Positions 17,971-28,498 of a DNA stretch of 64,000 nucleotides are shown here, piece after piece (position 1 is the stretch's first letter; every line of letters begins with the position of its first letter). The position numbers and the translations under genes are program-made. The notes beneath the pieces are model-generated. The model saw only the letters and a program-made list of their open reading frames with translations. It made no database searches and was not told the DNA's origin. Source of the stretch: an uncultured Gemmataceae bacterium (GTDB lineage: Bacteria > Planctomycetota > Planctomycetia > Gemmatales > Gemmataceae); contig CAVVPN010000004.1 of assembly GCA_963750165.1 (NCBI GenBank), positions 1,248,001 through 1,312,000 of the forward strand, given 5' to 3'.

Positions 17971-19371
17971 ATGTTCACCATCCACGACCAGGGCGCACCG
18001 CTGTGCGACGGCCTGTCGCGCCGCGAGTGGCTGAAAATCGGCAGCCTGGGCCTCGGCGGCTTGACCCTGCCCGTCCTGCTACAAGCCCGCGGTGCCGCCG
18101 CCACGCCGACGCAAAACCGCGGCGGCCGGGCGCGGTCGTGCATCGTCCTCTTCTTCCTCGGCGGGCCGCCGCAGCACGAAACCTGGGATCCCAAGCCGAA
18201 CGCCCCCGCGGAAGTGCGCGGCGACCTGCGGCCCATCGCCTCGGCCGTCCCCGGCGTGCAGGTCGGCGAACTGATGCCGCGCACTGCCCGCCTGCTGGAC
18301 CGCATCTGCGTGCTGCGCGGCGTTGCCACCGACGACAACGCCCACTCGTCGAGCGGCTACTACATGACGACCGGCCACCCGCACGTGCCGATGGGGGCCG
18401 AGAACGCCCGCACCGGCGCCCCGAACAACTGGCCGTGCCTGGGCGCCCTGGTCAAGAAGGTGCTGCCCGGTTCGGGCGGCCTGCCCGCGGCGTTCACGTT
18501 GCCGGAGCAATCCGCCAACGACGGCAACCTGACCTGGCCGGGCCAGGACGCCGGCTTCCTCGGCCGCACCGCCGACCCCTGGTTGCTCAATTGCACTCCG
18601 GAAGCTCCGAATTTCCAGATTGCGGGCCTGGCCTTGCCGCCGGGCGTGACGCCCGACCGGCTCGGCGGTCGCCGCACGCTGCTGGCAGAGGCGAACCAGC
18701 GCCTTGACAGCCTCGTCCGCGCCGCCAACGTCGGCCTGCTCGGCGCCCAGCAACAGCAAGCGCTCGACCTCATCACGGCCAGCGCGGCGCGGCGCGCGTT
18801 CAACCTGCACGAGGAGCCGGTCGCCGTCCGCGACCGCTACGGCCGCACGCGCTTCGGCCAGAGCTGCCTGCTGGCCCGCCGGCTGACGGAGGCGGGCGTG
18901 CCGCTGATCCGCGTTAACTGGACGCGCCTGCCAGGTGCCGTCAACAACGGCCACTGGGACACGCACAGCCAGAACACGCGCGGCCTGCGGCAACTGATGC
19001 CCGTGATGGATCAGGCATATTCGGCGCTGCTGGAAGATTTGCACCTGCGCGGTCTGCTGGACGAGACGCTGGTGCTGTGGACGGGCGAGTTCGGCCGCAC
19101 GCCGCGCCTCAACGGCGCCGGGGGCCGCGACCACTGGGGCCGCGTTTTCTCGGTGGCGCTGGCTGGCGGCGGCGTGCGCGGCGGCACGGTCCACGGTGCG
19201 TCCGACAGCATTGCCGCCTTTCCGCGCGACGGCCGGGTGGCGCCGCCGGACCTGCTGGCGACCGTCCTGCATTGTCTCGGCGTGCGGCCTGACGCGGAAA
19301 TCCACGACGCGCAGGGCCGGCCGCTGCCGCTCACCCGCGGCGACGTGATCCGCCAGATCATCAATGGGTAG
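17971..19371 (+). CDS. DUF1501 domain protein
   Basis: SRREWL, GGPPQHETWDPKP, WDTH, GEFGRTP and GRDHW. Confidence 0.92.
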   Translation: MFTIHDQGAPLCDGLSRREWLKIGSLGLGGLTLPVLLQARGAAATPTQNRGGRARSCIVLFFLGGPPQHETWDPKPNAPAEVRGDLRPIASAVPGVQVGELMPRTARLLDRICVLRGVATDDNAHSSSGYYMTTGHPHVPMGAENARTGAPNNWPCLGALVKKVLPGSGGLPAAFTLPEQSANDGNLTWPGQDAGFLGRTADPWLLNCTPEAPNFQIAGLALPPGVTPDRLGGRRTLLAEANQRLDSLVRAANVGLLGAQQQQALDLITASAARRAFNLHEEPVAVRDRYGRTRFGQSCLLARRLTEAGVPLIRVNWTRLPGAVNNGHWDTHSQNTRGLRQLMPVMDQAYSALLEDLHLRGLLDETLVLWTGEFGRTPRLNGAGGRDHWGRVFSVALAGGGVRGGTVHGASDSIAAFPRDGRVAPPDLLATVLHCLGVRPDAEIHDAQGRPLPLTRGDVIRQIING

Positions 19372-19501
19372 GACGGCTCTCCAGAGCCGTCAAAGTCATC
19401 AATGGGTAGGACGGCTCTCCAGAGCCGTCAAAGTCATCAATGGGTAGGACGGCTCTCCAGAGCCGTCAAAGTCTCCCGACGGCTCTGGAGAGCCGTCCTA
19501 C
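19358..19501. repeat. Three tandem 38-bp units containing REP family B plus one inverted REP
   Basis: TCATCAATGGGTAGGACGGCTCTCCAGAGCCGTCAAAG at 19358, 19396 and 19434; inverted REP at 19478-19501. Confidence 0.9.
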
Positions 19502-20907
19502 AGTTCGTGCTTCACGCAACCGTGAAGAGCTTTAACCGCCAGAAACTCCGGCACCACCCGCGAGCTGGAGAACTGATACTTGCCCGAACTCTGGGCCGGG
19601 ATCTCGTCCACCAGCTCCCACTCCACGCGCGTCCCCTCGCCGAGATATTTTCGCGTCGCGTCTTCAAGATAATGCAGGTCGCTTTCCAGCGAAAAGCCAG
19701 GCCCCGGCTTGATGCGATAGGTCACAGCGCCGGCCCGCTCCTGCACAATCTGCACCTGGCCCAGGCTGGTGCGCTGGGCGACGACGCCAATGGTCAGAAA
19801 CGCCCCGGACACCGCCCGGCCGTCGGCGCCGACCAAGAAATCGGTAACGCGCCCGGCCACCTCACCCAGCCGCGGCAGCCCGCGGCCGCACGGACACCGC
19901 CCCGGCAGCCACGACGCCACATCGCCGATGCGGTAGCGGAGCAGCGGCATGGCGTAGTTCAGCAGGTCCGTGACCAGAACCGCCCCCAACTCCCCCGGCT
20001 GCGCCGGCCGGTCGCCGTTAACGATCTCCAGATACAGCCCTTCCGCCATGACGTGCAGCCCCTCGTGAGCCGGGCACTCGCTGGCGATGACGCTGAACTC
20101 ACGCGAGCCGTAGCGGTTGAACACCGGGCAGCCGAATACCTGTTCGAGCAAGGCCCGCTCCGCCGCCGTGAGCACTTCCGCGGAGGTGACCAGCGCCCGC
20201 GGCCGCACGGGCGGCAAATCGTGCGCCTGGAGGAAGCGCGCCAGCAGCACCGCCGAGCGCGCGTAGGCCAGCATGACGCCGGGCCGGAAGCCGAGCAGCC
20301 GGCGGTGGAATTCGCGTAGCCGCTCTTCGGTGAGGTGGCCGGTGTCGAGGAACAGCTGGCGATCCAGCAGCAGTTCGCGCAGCCAGGTCAGCCAGGAGCG
20401 CGGCGGCCGGTCGCGCGGCGCCCCCCACAGGACCGCCACCTTGTCGCCGACCTCCCAGCCGGCCCAGCGGTTGTGCCGCAGCGTCGCCGCGGCCCGCGAC
20501 TGCAGCCGGTCCTGCGTCAGGTAAAAGGACACGGGTGTACCGGTGGAGCCGCCGGTGTGGTTGAGCACGAGCCGGCCGCGGTCCTGGTTCGTGGCGACCA
20601 GTTCCTCGCGGTGCCGCTGCAACTCCGCCTTTTCCAGCGGTGGCAGCAGCCGCAGGTCTTCGGGACAGCGCAGGTCTGCCGGGTGCAGCCCCGCCTGCCG
20701 GAAGCGCTCGCCGTAGAACGGGCTGTGTTTGTAGGCGTGATGCAGCAAGGCCCGCAGGCGTGACCACTGCAGCGCGTGCAGCCGGTCGGGGGAATCGAAC
20801 TGCGTCCGTTCATATTCCCGCAGGTATTTCAACTGCCCGAGTTCGCCGCGCCGCCACAGGGCCGCGGGGAAAACCACCTGCCGGGCAAACGATTGGTAAA
20901 TACCCAT
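19498..20907 (-). CDS. Phenylacetate-CoA ligase/CapK-like adenylate-forming protein of an EPS locus
   Basis: HTGGSTGTP, VFNRYGSRE, TDLLNYAMPLLRYRIGD, GRVTD and SSGKY. Confidence 0.88.
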   Translation of the reverse strand: MGIYQSFARQVVFPAALWRRGELGQLKYLREYERTQFDSPDRLHALQWSRLRALLHHAYKHSPFYGERFRQAGLHPADLRCPEDLRLLPPLEKAELQRHREELVATNQDRGRLVLNHTGGSTGTPVSFYLTQDRLQSRAAATLRHNRWAGWEVGDKVAVLWGAPRDRPPRSWLTWLRELLLDRQLFLDTGHLTEERLREFHRRLLGFRPGVMLAYARSAVLLARFLQAHDLPPVRPRALVTSAEVLTAAERALLEQVFGCPVFNRYGSREFSVIASECPAHEGLHVMAEGLYLEIVNGDRPAQPGELGAVLVTDLLNYAMPLLRYRIGDVASWLPGRCPCGRGLPRLGEVAGRVTDFLVGADGRAVSGAFLTIGVVAQRTSLGQVQIVQERAGAVTYRIKPGPGFSLESDLHYLEDATRKYLGEGTRVEWELVDEIPAQSSGKYQFSSSRVVPEFLAVKALHGCVKHEL

Positions 20908-20945
20908 GTTAGCTCCCGTGGGCGTGAACGGGTTTAAGTGGCGCG

Positions 20946-22425
20946 TCAGGAACGTTGCTGAAAATAAAGCGCCCGTCGCATGGTGGACCGGAAGACTCCC
21001 GCCCGCAGCCGGAGGGAGTCCCGGGCCCACTGTTTCTCGTCCGGGGTCAGCAGGCCGAGGGACCAGACCAGCGCGGCCCAGCCGGCCCACAGCAGCACCT
21101 TCACCAGGCTGCCCACCAGGCTGTGCGGCAGCCAGCGCGAGGCGGCCCAGACGAGGATCGCCAGCACCACCATGCCAAGGACGCGGGCGAACGGGTAATG
21201 GATGCGGTAGGCCCGCTGGGCGAAGAGGTACGTCAGGCCAGCGTGAAAACCAAACCCGGCGAGGGTCGCGACTGCTGCTCCGATAATCGACCAGCGTGGG
21301 ATGAGCCAGCAATAACAACCTAACATAACAACAGTGGTCGCCAGCGCGACGAGGGATTTATGAAGTGTCTTGCGGCGGATATAGAAACTACAATCCATGA
21401 AGTCCGCGGCGGCGAGGCAAAAATAAGCGAGCACCACCGGCCCGATGACCTGAGCCGCAGAGCCGTAGTCCGGTGGCCCGAGAACACCAATCACCTCATC
21501 CTGAAAGAGACAGCAACCGAGGCCCACCAATAGATAAACGCTGAGGATGCGAGCGAACACCTGGCCGAACAGGACCGGGGCGTGCGGCGCGTCGGCCAGC
21601 TGGTAGGCGCGGCCCCCAGGCCATCATGAGCGGGGCCCGTGAAAACATGCTCACGGCGAGCGCGACCTTGTAGCCCAGCGCGTACACGCCAACGGTGGCC
21701 TCGCCGCAAATCCGCAGCAGCAGGAAGCGGTCGCCGTGGTTGAGGATGAAAAAGCCCAGACCCGCGGGGATGAACGGTAGGGCGAAGCGCAGCATGTGCG
21801 GGGCGGCGGCGAGGCTGAAGGAGCCGCGAATGATTTCCCGCAGACCGAGTGCGGCAAACACCAGACCGGCGGCCGTGAGCGAGGCGAGCAGCACGCCCCA
21901 GAGCCCCAGACCCGCGCCGACAACCAGGGCGACGCACCCCAGCGAGCGCAGCACGACCTGACCGGCGATGCAGAGCACGAACAGGCCGGATTGCATGCGG
22001 GCCTGGGCCAGCCCGAGCAAGCCGCTAGCAGCGGCTTCCAGCAGCACCGTGGCCAGGGCGAGCAGCCCCAGAGACGGGTCCGCGTGTGGGATGATGAGCT
22101 GGACCGCCGGCCGGCAGAGCCAACCCAGCAGCAATCCCAGAACGACCATGCCCGAGACGACGGCCAGGACGGAAGGCCCCAGCGAATCCTGATAGCTTCC
22201 GGCGGTTCGCTGCCCGGAGAAAACTAACACCGCCTGGCGAAGTCCGTTGAACAACAGGCAAATGATGAACAGTTCTCCCAATCGATTGAGGATTTCAAGT
22301 ATCCCGAACTCAGCGGGGCTCAGATAATGAGTGTAAAGCGGGAGCAAAAGCAGGCCCGCGACCTGGGGCAGCACATTGCCCAGGAAGAACAGGAGGGAGT
22401 GCCCAAGGATGGTCCGGGCGGCCAT
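20946..22425 (-). CDS. wzx: Wzx-type polysaccharide flippase; frameshifts around 21560-21615
   Basis: LLLPLYTHYLSPAEFG, DRFLL..VGVYALGYK and LIPRWSIIGAAVAT; many TM segments spread over successive frames. Confidence 0.8.
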
Positions 22426-22444
22426 GCAATTCCCTTCGCGGAAG

Positions 22445-23725
22445 TTAGTACGCTGGCCGTCGGGCAGGCCACGAAGCGGTAAACACCGCGGGCGCAAGAC
22501 GGCGGGCCAACGGCGGGACGGTCGGGAGGGCGGGCCGTTGCAGGACACAATACCGGGTAATGATAAAAAACCCGCCATACCAGAGCCAGGTAAAGCGGTA
22601 CAGATTGTGACTGAAAACGCCGTTCAGCAGCAAGAGCAAAGTGGCGATGGCCAGGCAGTCCCCCAGGTGCCCGAGATAGTCGATACCCGGGACCGGCCGC
22701 TGACGAACCATCTGGCGAATTTGCAGGTAATTCCAGAAGAACAGCAGAACGACGCCCGCCAGGGCTAAGGCGCCAAGAGTGCCCATTTCACCGATAACCT
22801 GGCCGTACAGGTTGTGCGCTTCCAGTTTACTGCCAGAGGAAATTTTCCAGGCACCGGGGCCACAACCGGTCAGGGGATATTGAGACCATAGTTCGGCACC
22901 GAGTCGGAGCCCTTCGAGTCGGCCCTCGGCGGAAACCTGTGCGTTGGCGGGACCGACTTTCGGGTTGATGATGGTTTCAAAGCGATTTTGCAGGGAGGGG
23001 GGCAGAGCCATCCAGAGGAACGGGGCTGCGATGACGGCGCAGGCCGCGAACACCCATCGATGTCGGCTGCGGGCGATCTGTAACGTGGTGGAAAAAACCA
23101 GGGCGACGAAGCCGCCGCGCGAGCCCGTAAGCCCCACGCAACCGATACTGAGCATGGCGAAAAAAATCAGAAAACAACGCCAGTATTTGGAACGATTGCC
23201 GACCCAGGAGGCCGGCACCAGGGCCAGGAAAAGCAAAATGTTGGAGGCGAAGGCGTTGGGGTCGCCCATGGTGTTGTCCACACCAATGAGGCGGTCAATG
23301 CCCATGCGGTGGACGTGTCGGCCGTTCTTGTACTCCCACAGTGAGTGCATCATGTAAAGCGCCATGAAGACGAGCAAGCAGTTGATAATTTGTTTGAGGT
23401 CTTTCTCGTCCTGAATCGTGGTTACGAGGTAGCCGTAGATGACGACGAGTGTGAGATACTTGTACACGTGAAAGAAGCCGTCATCGATCCACGGACTGGC
23501 GAGCCAGCAGAGCAAAAAGCAGGTGATGAAGAAGCCGAACGCCGCATGCAGGGGGTTGGGAAGCCAGCGTTTGGGATTGGACAGCCAAACGCAACCGACG
23601 ACGAGTGCATACAACAATTCGATGCGCAGGACGCCCAGGGCCGGCCAAATTTCAAACGGCCGGTGGATGAACAGATACATGTAACCGATGAGAAGTAATC
23701 GCATAAGGGCCTTTGCATCCGGCAC
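22445..23725 (-). CDS. O-antigen ligase/Wzy polymerase family protein
   Basis: Polytopic membrane protein with DPNAFA, TGSRGG, PLTGCGPG and AHNLY..GEMG. Confidence 0.85.
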   Translation of the reverse strand: MPDAKALMRLLLIGYMYLFIHRPFEIWPALGVLRIELLYALVVGCVWLSNPKRWLPNPLHAAFGFFITCFLLCWLASPWIDDGFFHVYKYLTLVVIYGYLVTTIQDEKDLKQIINCLLVFMALYMMHSLWEYKNGRHVHRMGIDRLIGVDNTMGDPNAFASNILLFLALVPASWVGNRSKYWRCFLIFFAMLSIGCVGLTGSRGGFVALVFSTTLQIARSRHRWVFAACAVIAAPFLWMALPPSLQNRFETIINPKVGPANAQVSAEGRLEGLRLGAELWSQYPLTGCGPGAWKISSGSKLEAHNLYGQVIGEMGTLGALALAGVVLLFFWNYLQIRQMVRQRPVPGIDYLGHLGDCLAIATLLLLLNGVFSHNLYRFTWLWYGGFFIITRYCVLQRPALPTVPPLARRLAPAVFTASWPARRPAY

Positions 23726-23735
23726 GTGTCAAATG

Positions 23736-24833
23736 TCAGCCGCGAACCAGTTGGTGATACAAAGCTTGATACCGCGCCACCGCCCGTTGCCGGCTGTAGT
23801 TTTGCTGAACAAACGACCGCGCTGCCGTCCCCAGGCGCAACCTGAGTTCGGGGTCATCAATGAGGGTTTGCATGGCGCTGGCGAGGGCAGCCGTGTCGTT
23901 GCTCGGAACGAGCAATCCAGTGGTCCCGTTGTTGATCAGTTCCGCGTTTGCCCCCACCGCCGTGGCGACGACCGCGCGGCCGGCTGCCATGTATTCGAGG
24001 ACGGCGTTGGACATCCCTTCGGAAACCGAGCAGAGGACGGCAATGTCGAGACGCGCAAGATACTGCGGAATGTTTGCGATCCGACCCAGCAGGGTCATGC
24101 GCTCTTCCAGACCCAGTTGACGAATCTGGCGTTCCAGCAGTCCCCGTGAAGGCCCCTCTCCGGCGATGGAGAAACGCAGATTTGGGTAGCGGTCAACGAG
24201 CAGGGCGGCCGCCTGAAGAAACATTCCCAGATTCTTAACAGGCCGAAGGTTGGCCACGACCCCCACCGACACGCTTTCGTTGCTCTGAAAAGGACCGACG
24301 TATCGGTGCAAATCCACGCCATTTTCGATCACGGCGACGGGCTTAACGGCGTCGTAGCCCTCGGCGACGAGAGAGTCGCGGCAAGCGCGACAGTTGGCCA
24401 CAGTGGCGCGAGCCAGTCGATCGTAGAGTTGATTGAGCCGTCGTTGCGCCGCGGATTGTGAGTAGCCCAGGTTATTTCTGGTGCGGACCAATACCGGCAC
24501 GCGAACCAACCAACCGATGAGAAACCCCACTAGAGTACTGTCCGGGAAGTATGTTTGAAGAATGTCAATCTGGTTGCGCCGCAGAAAGAACCCCAGTTGC
24601 ACCAGTTTCATCAACGAGGACGGATGACCAATGGGCCCCATTCCAAGCCGAAGAATCGGGCACTGTCTGGGCTCCAGCTCCCGGGAGCGTTTGGCGCGGC
24701 CGCGCAGCAAGCACAGGTACGGCTGGACCCGAGTCCGATCCAGGTGCTCAATCAAGGAGAGCAGATGCATTTCCGTACCCGCCTTGCTGAGTTCATCAAT
24801 GAGAAAGCACACGCGAATTGGTTGTGGTGTCAT
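23736..24833 (-). CDS. Glycosyltransferase family 4
   Basis: AGTE, NGVD, VANLRPVKN and EGMSNAVLEYMAAG (EX7E). Confidence 0.92.
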   Translation of the reverse strand: MTPQPIRVCFLIDELSKAGTEMHLLSLIEHLDRTRVQPYLCLLRGRAKRSRELEPRQCPILRLGMGPIGHPSSLMKLVQLGFFLRRNQIDILQTYFPDSTLVGFLIGWLVRVPVLVRTRNNLGYSQSAAQRRLNQLYDRLARATVANCRACRDSLVAEGYDAVKPVAVIENGVDLHRYVGPFQSNESVSVGVVANLRPVKNLGMFLQAAALLVDRYPNLRFSIAGEGPSRGLLERQIRQLGLEERMTLLGRIANIPQYLARLDIAVLCSVSEGMSNAVLEYMAAGRAVVATAVGANAELINNGTTGLLVPSNDTAALASAMQTLIDDPELRLRLGTAARSFVQQNYSRQRAVARYQALYHQLVRG

Positions 24834-24867
24834 GTGTAAACCGAAATGATAACGGAGTACTGATTCA

Positions 24868-26007
24868 TCATGCGACCTGGTCAGCAGAAGTTGAACACCT
24901 GAGAATTTCCAGAAAAACGCCGTGATAATACTGGGCCTGGGCATCGAAGGAGAAATTTCTTTCCATCAAAGCTCTGCCGGCATCCCCGACGGCCCTCCGC
25001 AAATCCGCGCTGTGAGACAGGCGGCGGATATTGCTGGAGAGGGCCCGAACATCACCGGGTGGGACTAAAAATCCGTTCACGCCCTGGGAAATGACATCGG
25101 GGATGCCGCCGACGTTGGTGGCAACGACGGGAAGGCGCGCCGCACAGGCTTCCAGCAGCACGTTTGGCATGCCCTCGGTATACGAGGAGATCGCAACGAA
25201 GTCGCTGGCCGCGAGCAACTGATCCAGGCGCGCGGTAAAGCCAGCAAGAACAAAGTTTTGCTCCACTCCTAGCCGGCGAATGTCATCGCTCAACTCGGAA
25301 CGGAGAGGGCCGTCTCCAAAAAGAATGAACCCAACACCACGGTCCTCCCGAATCACGTCAGCGCTCGCGCGCACAAGGTCCGAGAACCCCTTCTCGGGGC
25401 TAAGCCGGCCGGCGGAGCAGCAGACTAGCCGTGGACGGGTTGAAAAAAAGGCAGAAAGCTCGGCTCGATGGGCGTCGGTAGGAGGAGGAAACCGGCTGAT
25501 CGCGATGGCGTTGGGAATAAGTCGGACCCGACGACGGGGAACCCCTGCGTTGATAACCGATTGGGCCTGTGCTCTGGAGAGGCAAACCACCATCTCGAAA
25601 CGTGTAAGAACAAGTTGATCAAAACGCTCATACACTTTTACCTTGCAATTCTCACCCGTCCACCCCCGGAGAATGCACAGGGTCGGTAAGCCGACGGCGC
25701 GGCCGGCGAGCGCGCCGATCAGGTTCGCCTTGTAGCCGTGACAGCAGAGGACATCCGCATCCAGTCCGACGAGCGTTTGGTTCAACACGTCAACGGCGTG
25801 GACGGTGCCGCGCAGGTCATCGGGGATGACGCGCATGTCAACCCCGCAACGACGAGCTTCTTCCTGAAACCGGTGACAGCCACCTGCCTCCGAAAAAACG
25901 ACAATGGAACTGTGGTAGTGCAGGGGAAGGTGCGCGCACAGTCCAAGGATCTGACGCTCCGGTCCGCCGAAAAAAGTCGAACTGGTAAGGTGGACAACAT
26001 GAATCAT
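24868..26007 (-). CDS. Glycosyltransferase family 4
   Basis: GGPERQ, AGRLSPEKG and EGMPNVLLEA. Confidence 0.92.
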   Translation of the reverse strand: MIHVVHLTSSTFFGGPERQILGLCAHLPLHYHSSIVVFSEAGGCHRFQEEARRCGVDMRVIPDDLRGTVHAVDVLNQTLVGLDADVLCCHGYKANLIGALAGRAVGLPTLCILRGWTGENCKVKVYERFDQLVLTRFEMVVCLSRAQAQSVINAGVPRRRVRLIPNAIAISRFPPPTDAHRAELSAFFSTRPRLVCCSAGRLSPEKGFSDLVRASADVIREDRGVGFILFGDGPLRSELSDDIRRLGVEQNFVLAGFTARLDQLLAASDFVAISSYTEGMPNVLLEACAARLPVVATNVGGIPDVISQGVNGFLVPPGDVRALSSNIRRLSHSADLRRAVGDAGRALMERNFSFDAQAQYYHGVFLEILRCSTSADQVA

Positions 26008-26057
26008 GGTGACGATACCTGTAGCAATTCACCCAGGGAACACACACAACTTCGGAG

Positions 26058-27233
26058 TCAGGCCGCCGCCGGTGATCGGAAGCGTCGCTCCAGCGTGTTA
26101 ATAAACCGAAGCAGATCATTGACTCGGGCGTGCCATGAGTTGCTGCGGGCGACCTGGACGGCCTGTCGGTGCACATCAGGAGAGCGGCTCAGCAAAGTGG
26201 TTTCCAGGGCGGCGCGAAAACTTTCCCGCGAATCAGCCAACCGAATCGGCCCCGGAAAGCTCTCAAGTTCGGGAAGCCGCGTGGCCACTACCGGCAAACC
26301 AAGTGCGTAATACTCCAGGAGCTTGAGCGGGTTCACCGCTCGGGTCAATTCGTTGAGCACAAACGGGATCAGGCCAACGTCAAAATAGGAGGCGTAACGC
26401 GGCAGATCCTCGTAAGGAACATGGTTAAGGATCTTGATATTTTTCTTCCTGTCGATCTTTTCGAGGGAAACCTCAGCGCGGCCGATAATGAGAAAGGAAA
26501 CCTGTGGGAAGCAATCCGCAAGGAAGGCGAGAAGGTCAATGTCGATCCATTCGCTCAGTAAGCCGAAAAAGCCGACGACCGGCCGCGGCAGTTGCTCCAA
26601 CTCTGGAATGGGAAAGCCGCTGGCAGGTCGGTGAAAGTGATCGAAGTCAACACCGTGGGGCAGGCGTAGCAGCGGCAAGCCGTGCGGGCGTTTGCCCGCC
26701 AGGTATTTGCTGGTGACGGCCAGACCGTCCACGCAACCGAGCAGGTCGCTTTCCAGCGTGCGCCAGCTGCGGTGATCGATGCCGGGGTAATTCAGGAAGT
26801 CGTCCACACAATAGTACAATTTGATGTTGTCGGGAAAGCACTGGAAGAAGTCAGCCGAGACCGGAAACGTGGTCAGGAAAATCGGATCCCGAATATCATG
26901 ACGATCTCGCAACCGGGAGAAACTCCGCAGAAGTAATGATCGATTGATGTTCCGAAAAAATGGCCCGAACAGGGGCGCCAGAACAGGCGAAACCGGATGG
27001 ATGCCCGATGGTTCTGCCGAAACCGGGCCGTGCGCACGGCGGAACGAAAGCCAGGACCAAACGGTCCTCCCGACCTTCCAGAAATCCAGGCGAGCCAACT
27101 TCGGCATCCGGCACAGAGTGTTGAACCAAAAAACGCGGTTGTCGCGGGCGATGTACTTGAACAGGTGAAACGCGGAGGACGGCAAATCTCCCAGCGTATC
27201 GGAGAACACGACGAAATCCCTTCCCTTAATCAT
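26058..27233 (-). CDS. GT-B glycosyltransferase (TuaH-like)
   Basis: YYCVDDF, PHGVDFDHF, VGFFG, DVGLIPF and NPLKLLEYYALGLPVV. Confidence 0.85.
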   Translation of the reverse strand: MIKGRDFVVFSDTLGDLPSSAFHLFKYIARDNRVFWFNTLCRMPKLARLDFWKVGRTVWSWLSFRRAHGPVSAEPSGIHPVSPVLAPLFGPFFRNINRSLLLRSFSRLRDRHDIRDPIFLTTFPVSADFFQCFPDNIKLYYCVDDFLNYPGIDHRSWRTLESDLLGCVDGLAVTSKYLAGKRPHGLPLLRLPHGVDFDHFHRPASGFPIPELEQLPRPVVGFFGLLSEWIDIDLLAFLADCFPQVSFLIIGRAEVSLEKIDRKKNIKILNHVPYEDLPRYASYFDVGLIPFVLNELTRAVNPLKLLEYYALGLPVVATRLPELESFPGPIRLADSRESFRAALETTLLSRSPDVHRQAVQVARSNSWHARVNDLLRFINTLERRFRSPAAA

Positions 27234-28464
27234 GGCGGTTACTCCGCGTCCTGGAACATAACTTCTGCTGGAGGGATTGCACAATGCGTTGCGCAGCCCG
27301 ACCGTCCCCGTAAGGGCTGCCGGCGTTCGCCATGCGCTCGTAGTCCGTCTGGTTTGTTAATAACCCCACTGCGGTGGCGACGATCGCTGTCTGGGAGGTG
27401 CCCACGAGCACGGCCCCGCCCGATCGGACCACTTCCGGACGCTCGCTGTTGTCTCGCAAAATCAGCACGGGTTTCCGTAGTGCCGGCGCCTCTTCCTGCA
27501 CTCCACCGGAGTCGGTCAGGATCAACGTGCTGACACTCATGAGGAATGAGAACACTTCGTAATCAAGCGGAGGTAGCAAGATCACGCGCTCTTGATTGGC
27601 CAGCAGACTTCTCACGACGCCTGACACCGCCGGATTCGGATGGACTGGGAACAGGACCATGATGTTATGTACCCGGCGAATGAGTTCCAGCAGAGCCCGG
27701 CAAATGTTGGTCAACCCCTCACCGGCAAGGTTCTCGCGCCGATGGCTGGTGACCAGCACGAACCGATAGCCTTGCTTCGCGCGTTGATAGTTCTTCCAGA
27801 GCGATTGAATCTTTGTTTCACTCTCACGACGCCGGGTGGCCACGACATGTAACAAAGCGTCAATAACCGTGTTGCCGGTGTTAACAATGCTATTGGCCGG
27901 CACGCCCTCCCGGGTAAGTTGCAACACCGCCTCCCCCGTCGGGGCGAAGAACAGGGAGGACACTGAGTCAATGGCCCGGCGATTGAACTCCTCGGGGAAC
28001 GGCGAATCCGGGACCCCGGAGCGCAGCCCCGCCTCGACGTGGCCGACCGGAATCCTCCGATAAAACGCAGCGAGTGCCGCAGCGTAGGCCGTGGTCGTGT
28101 CACCATGAACCAGCACCAGCGCTGGTCGCGCTTCCGCGAAGAACTGGTCAAACCCCGTCACCATGCGGGCCGAGATGGCGGCCAGCTGCTGGTTTGTGGT
28201 CATGACGTTCAGGTCGTAGTCCGGTGTGATACCGAACAGGGCCAGTGCTTCATCCAGTAATTGCCGATGTTGGCCCGATAGAAAGACGATGGGCGTCAGA
28301 GCCGGCGTGTGACGCGCGGCCCGGAACAATTCATTAATGACCGGGGCCATTTTGATGGCTTCCGGCCGAGTGCCGATCACCACTCCGACTTTGCCGGTAG
28401 CCGACGCCCCCGCCGTCGTGGTGCTGAAAACCTGTGGCGATTGCAGTAATTTTGGCATCAACAT
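27226..28464 (-). CDS. wecB: UDP-N-acetylglucosamine 2-epimerase (non-hydrolysing)
   Basis: GTRPEAIKMAP, VHGDT, HVEAGLRS, HRREN, TDSGGVQEEA and PYGDG. Confidence 0.95.
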   Translation of the reverse strand: MLMPKLLQSPQVFSTTTAGASATGKVGVVIGTRPEAIKMAPVINELFRAARHTPALTPIVFLSGQHRQLLDEALALFGITPDYDLNVMTTNQQLAAISARMVTGFDQFFAEARPALVLVHGDTTTAYAAALAAFYRRIPVGHVEAGLRSGVPDSPFPEEFNRRAIDSVSSLFFAPTGEAVLQLTREGVPANSIVNTGNTVIDALLHVVATRRRESETKIQSLWKNYQRAKQGYRFVLVTSHRRENLAGEGLTNICRALLELIRRVHNIMVLFPVHPNPAVSGVVRSLLANQERVILLPPLDYEVFSFLMSVSTLILTDSGGVQEEAPALRKPVLILRDNSERPEVVRSGGAVLVGTSQTAIVATAVGLLTNQTDYERMANAGSPYGDGRAAQRIVQSLQQKLCSRTRSNRHD

Positions 28465-28498
28465 TTCCCGTCGTTCTCGGAGCGGGCGCCAGCGAACT

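Noticed and set aside
19358..19471. CRISPR-like array of 38-bp repeats
   Set aside because: The units are contiguous and identical with no unique spacers, there are no cas genes, and the core is a REP found elsewhere in the window.
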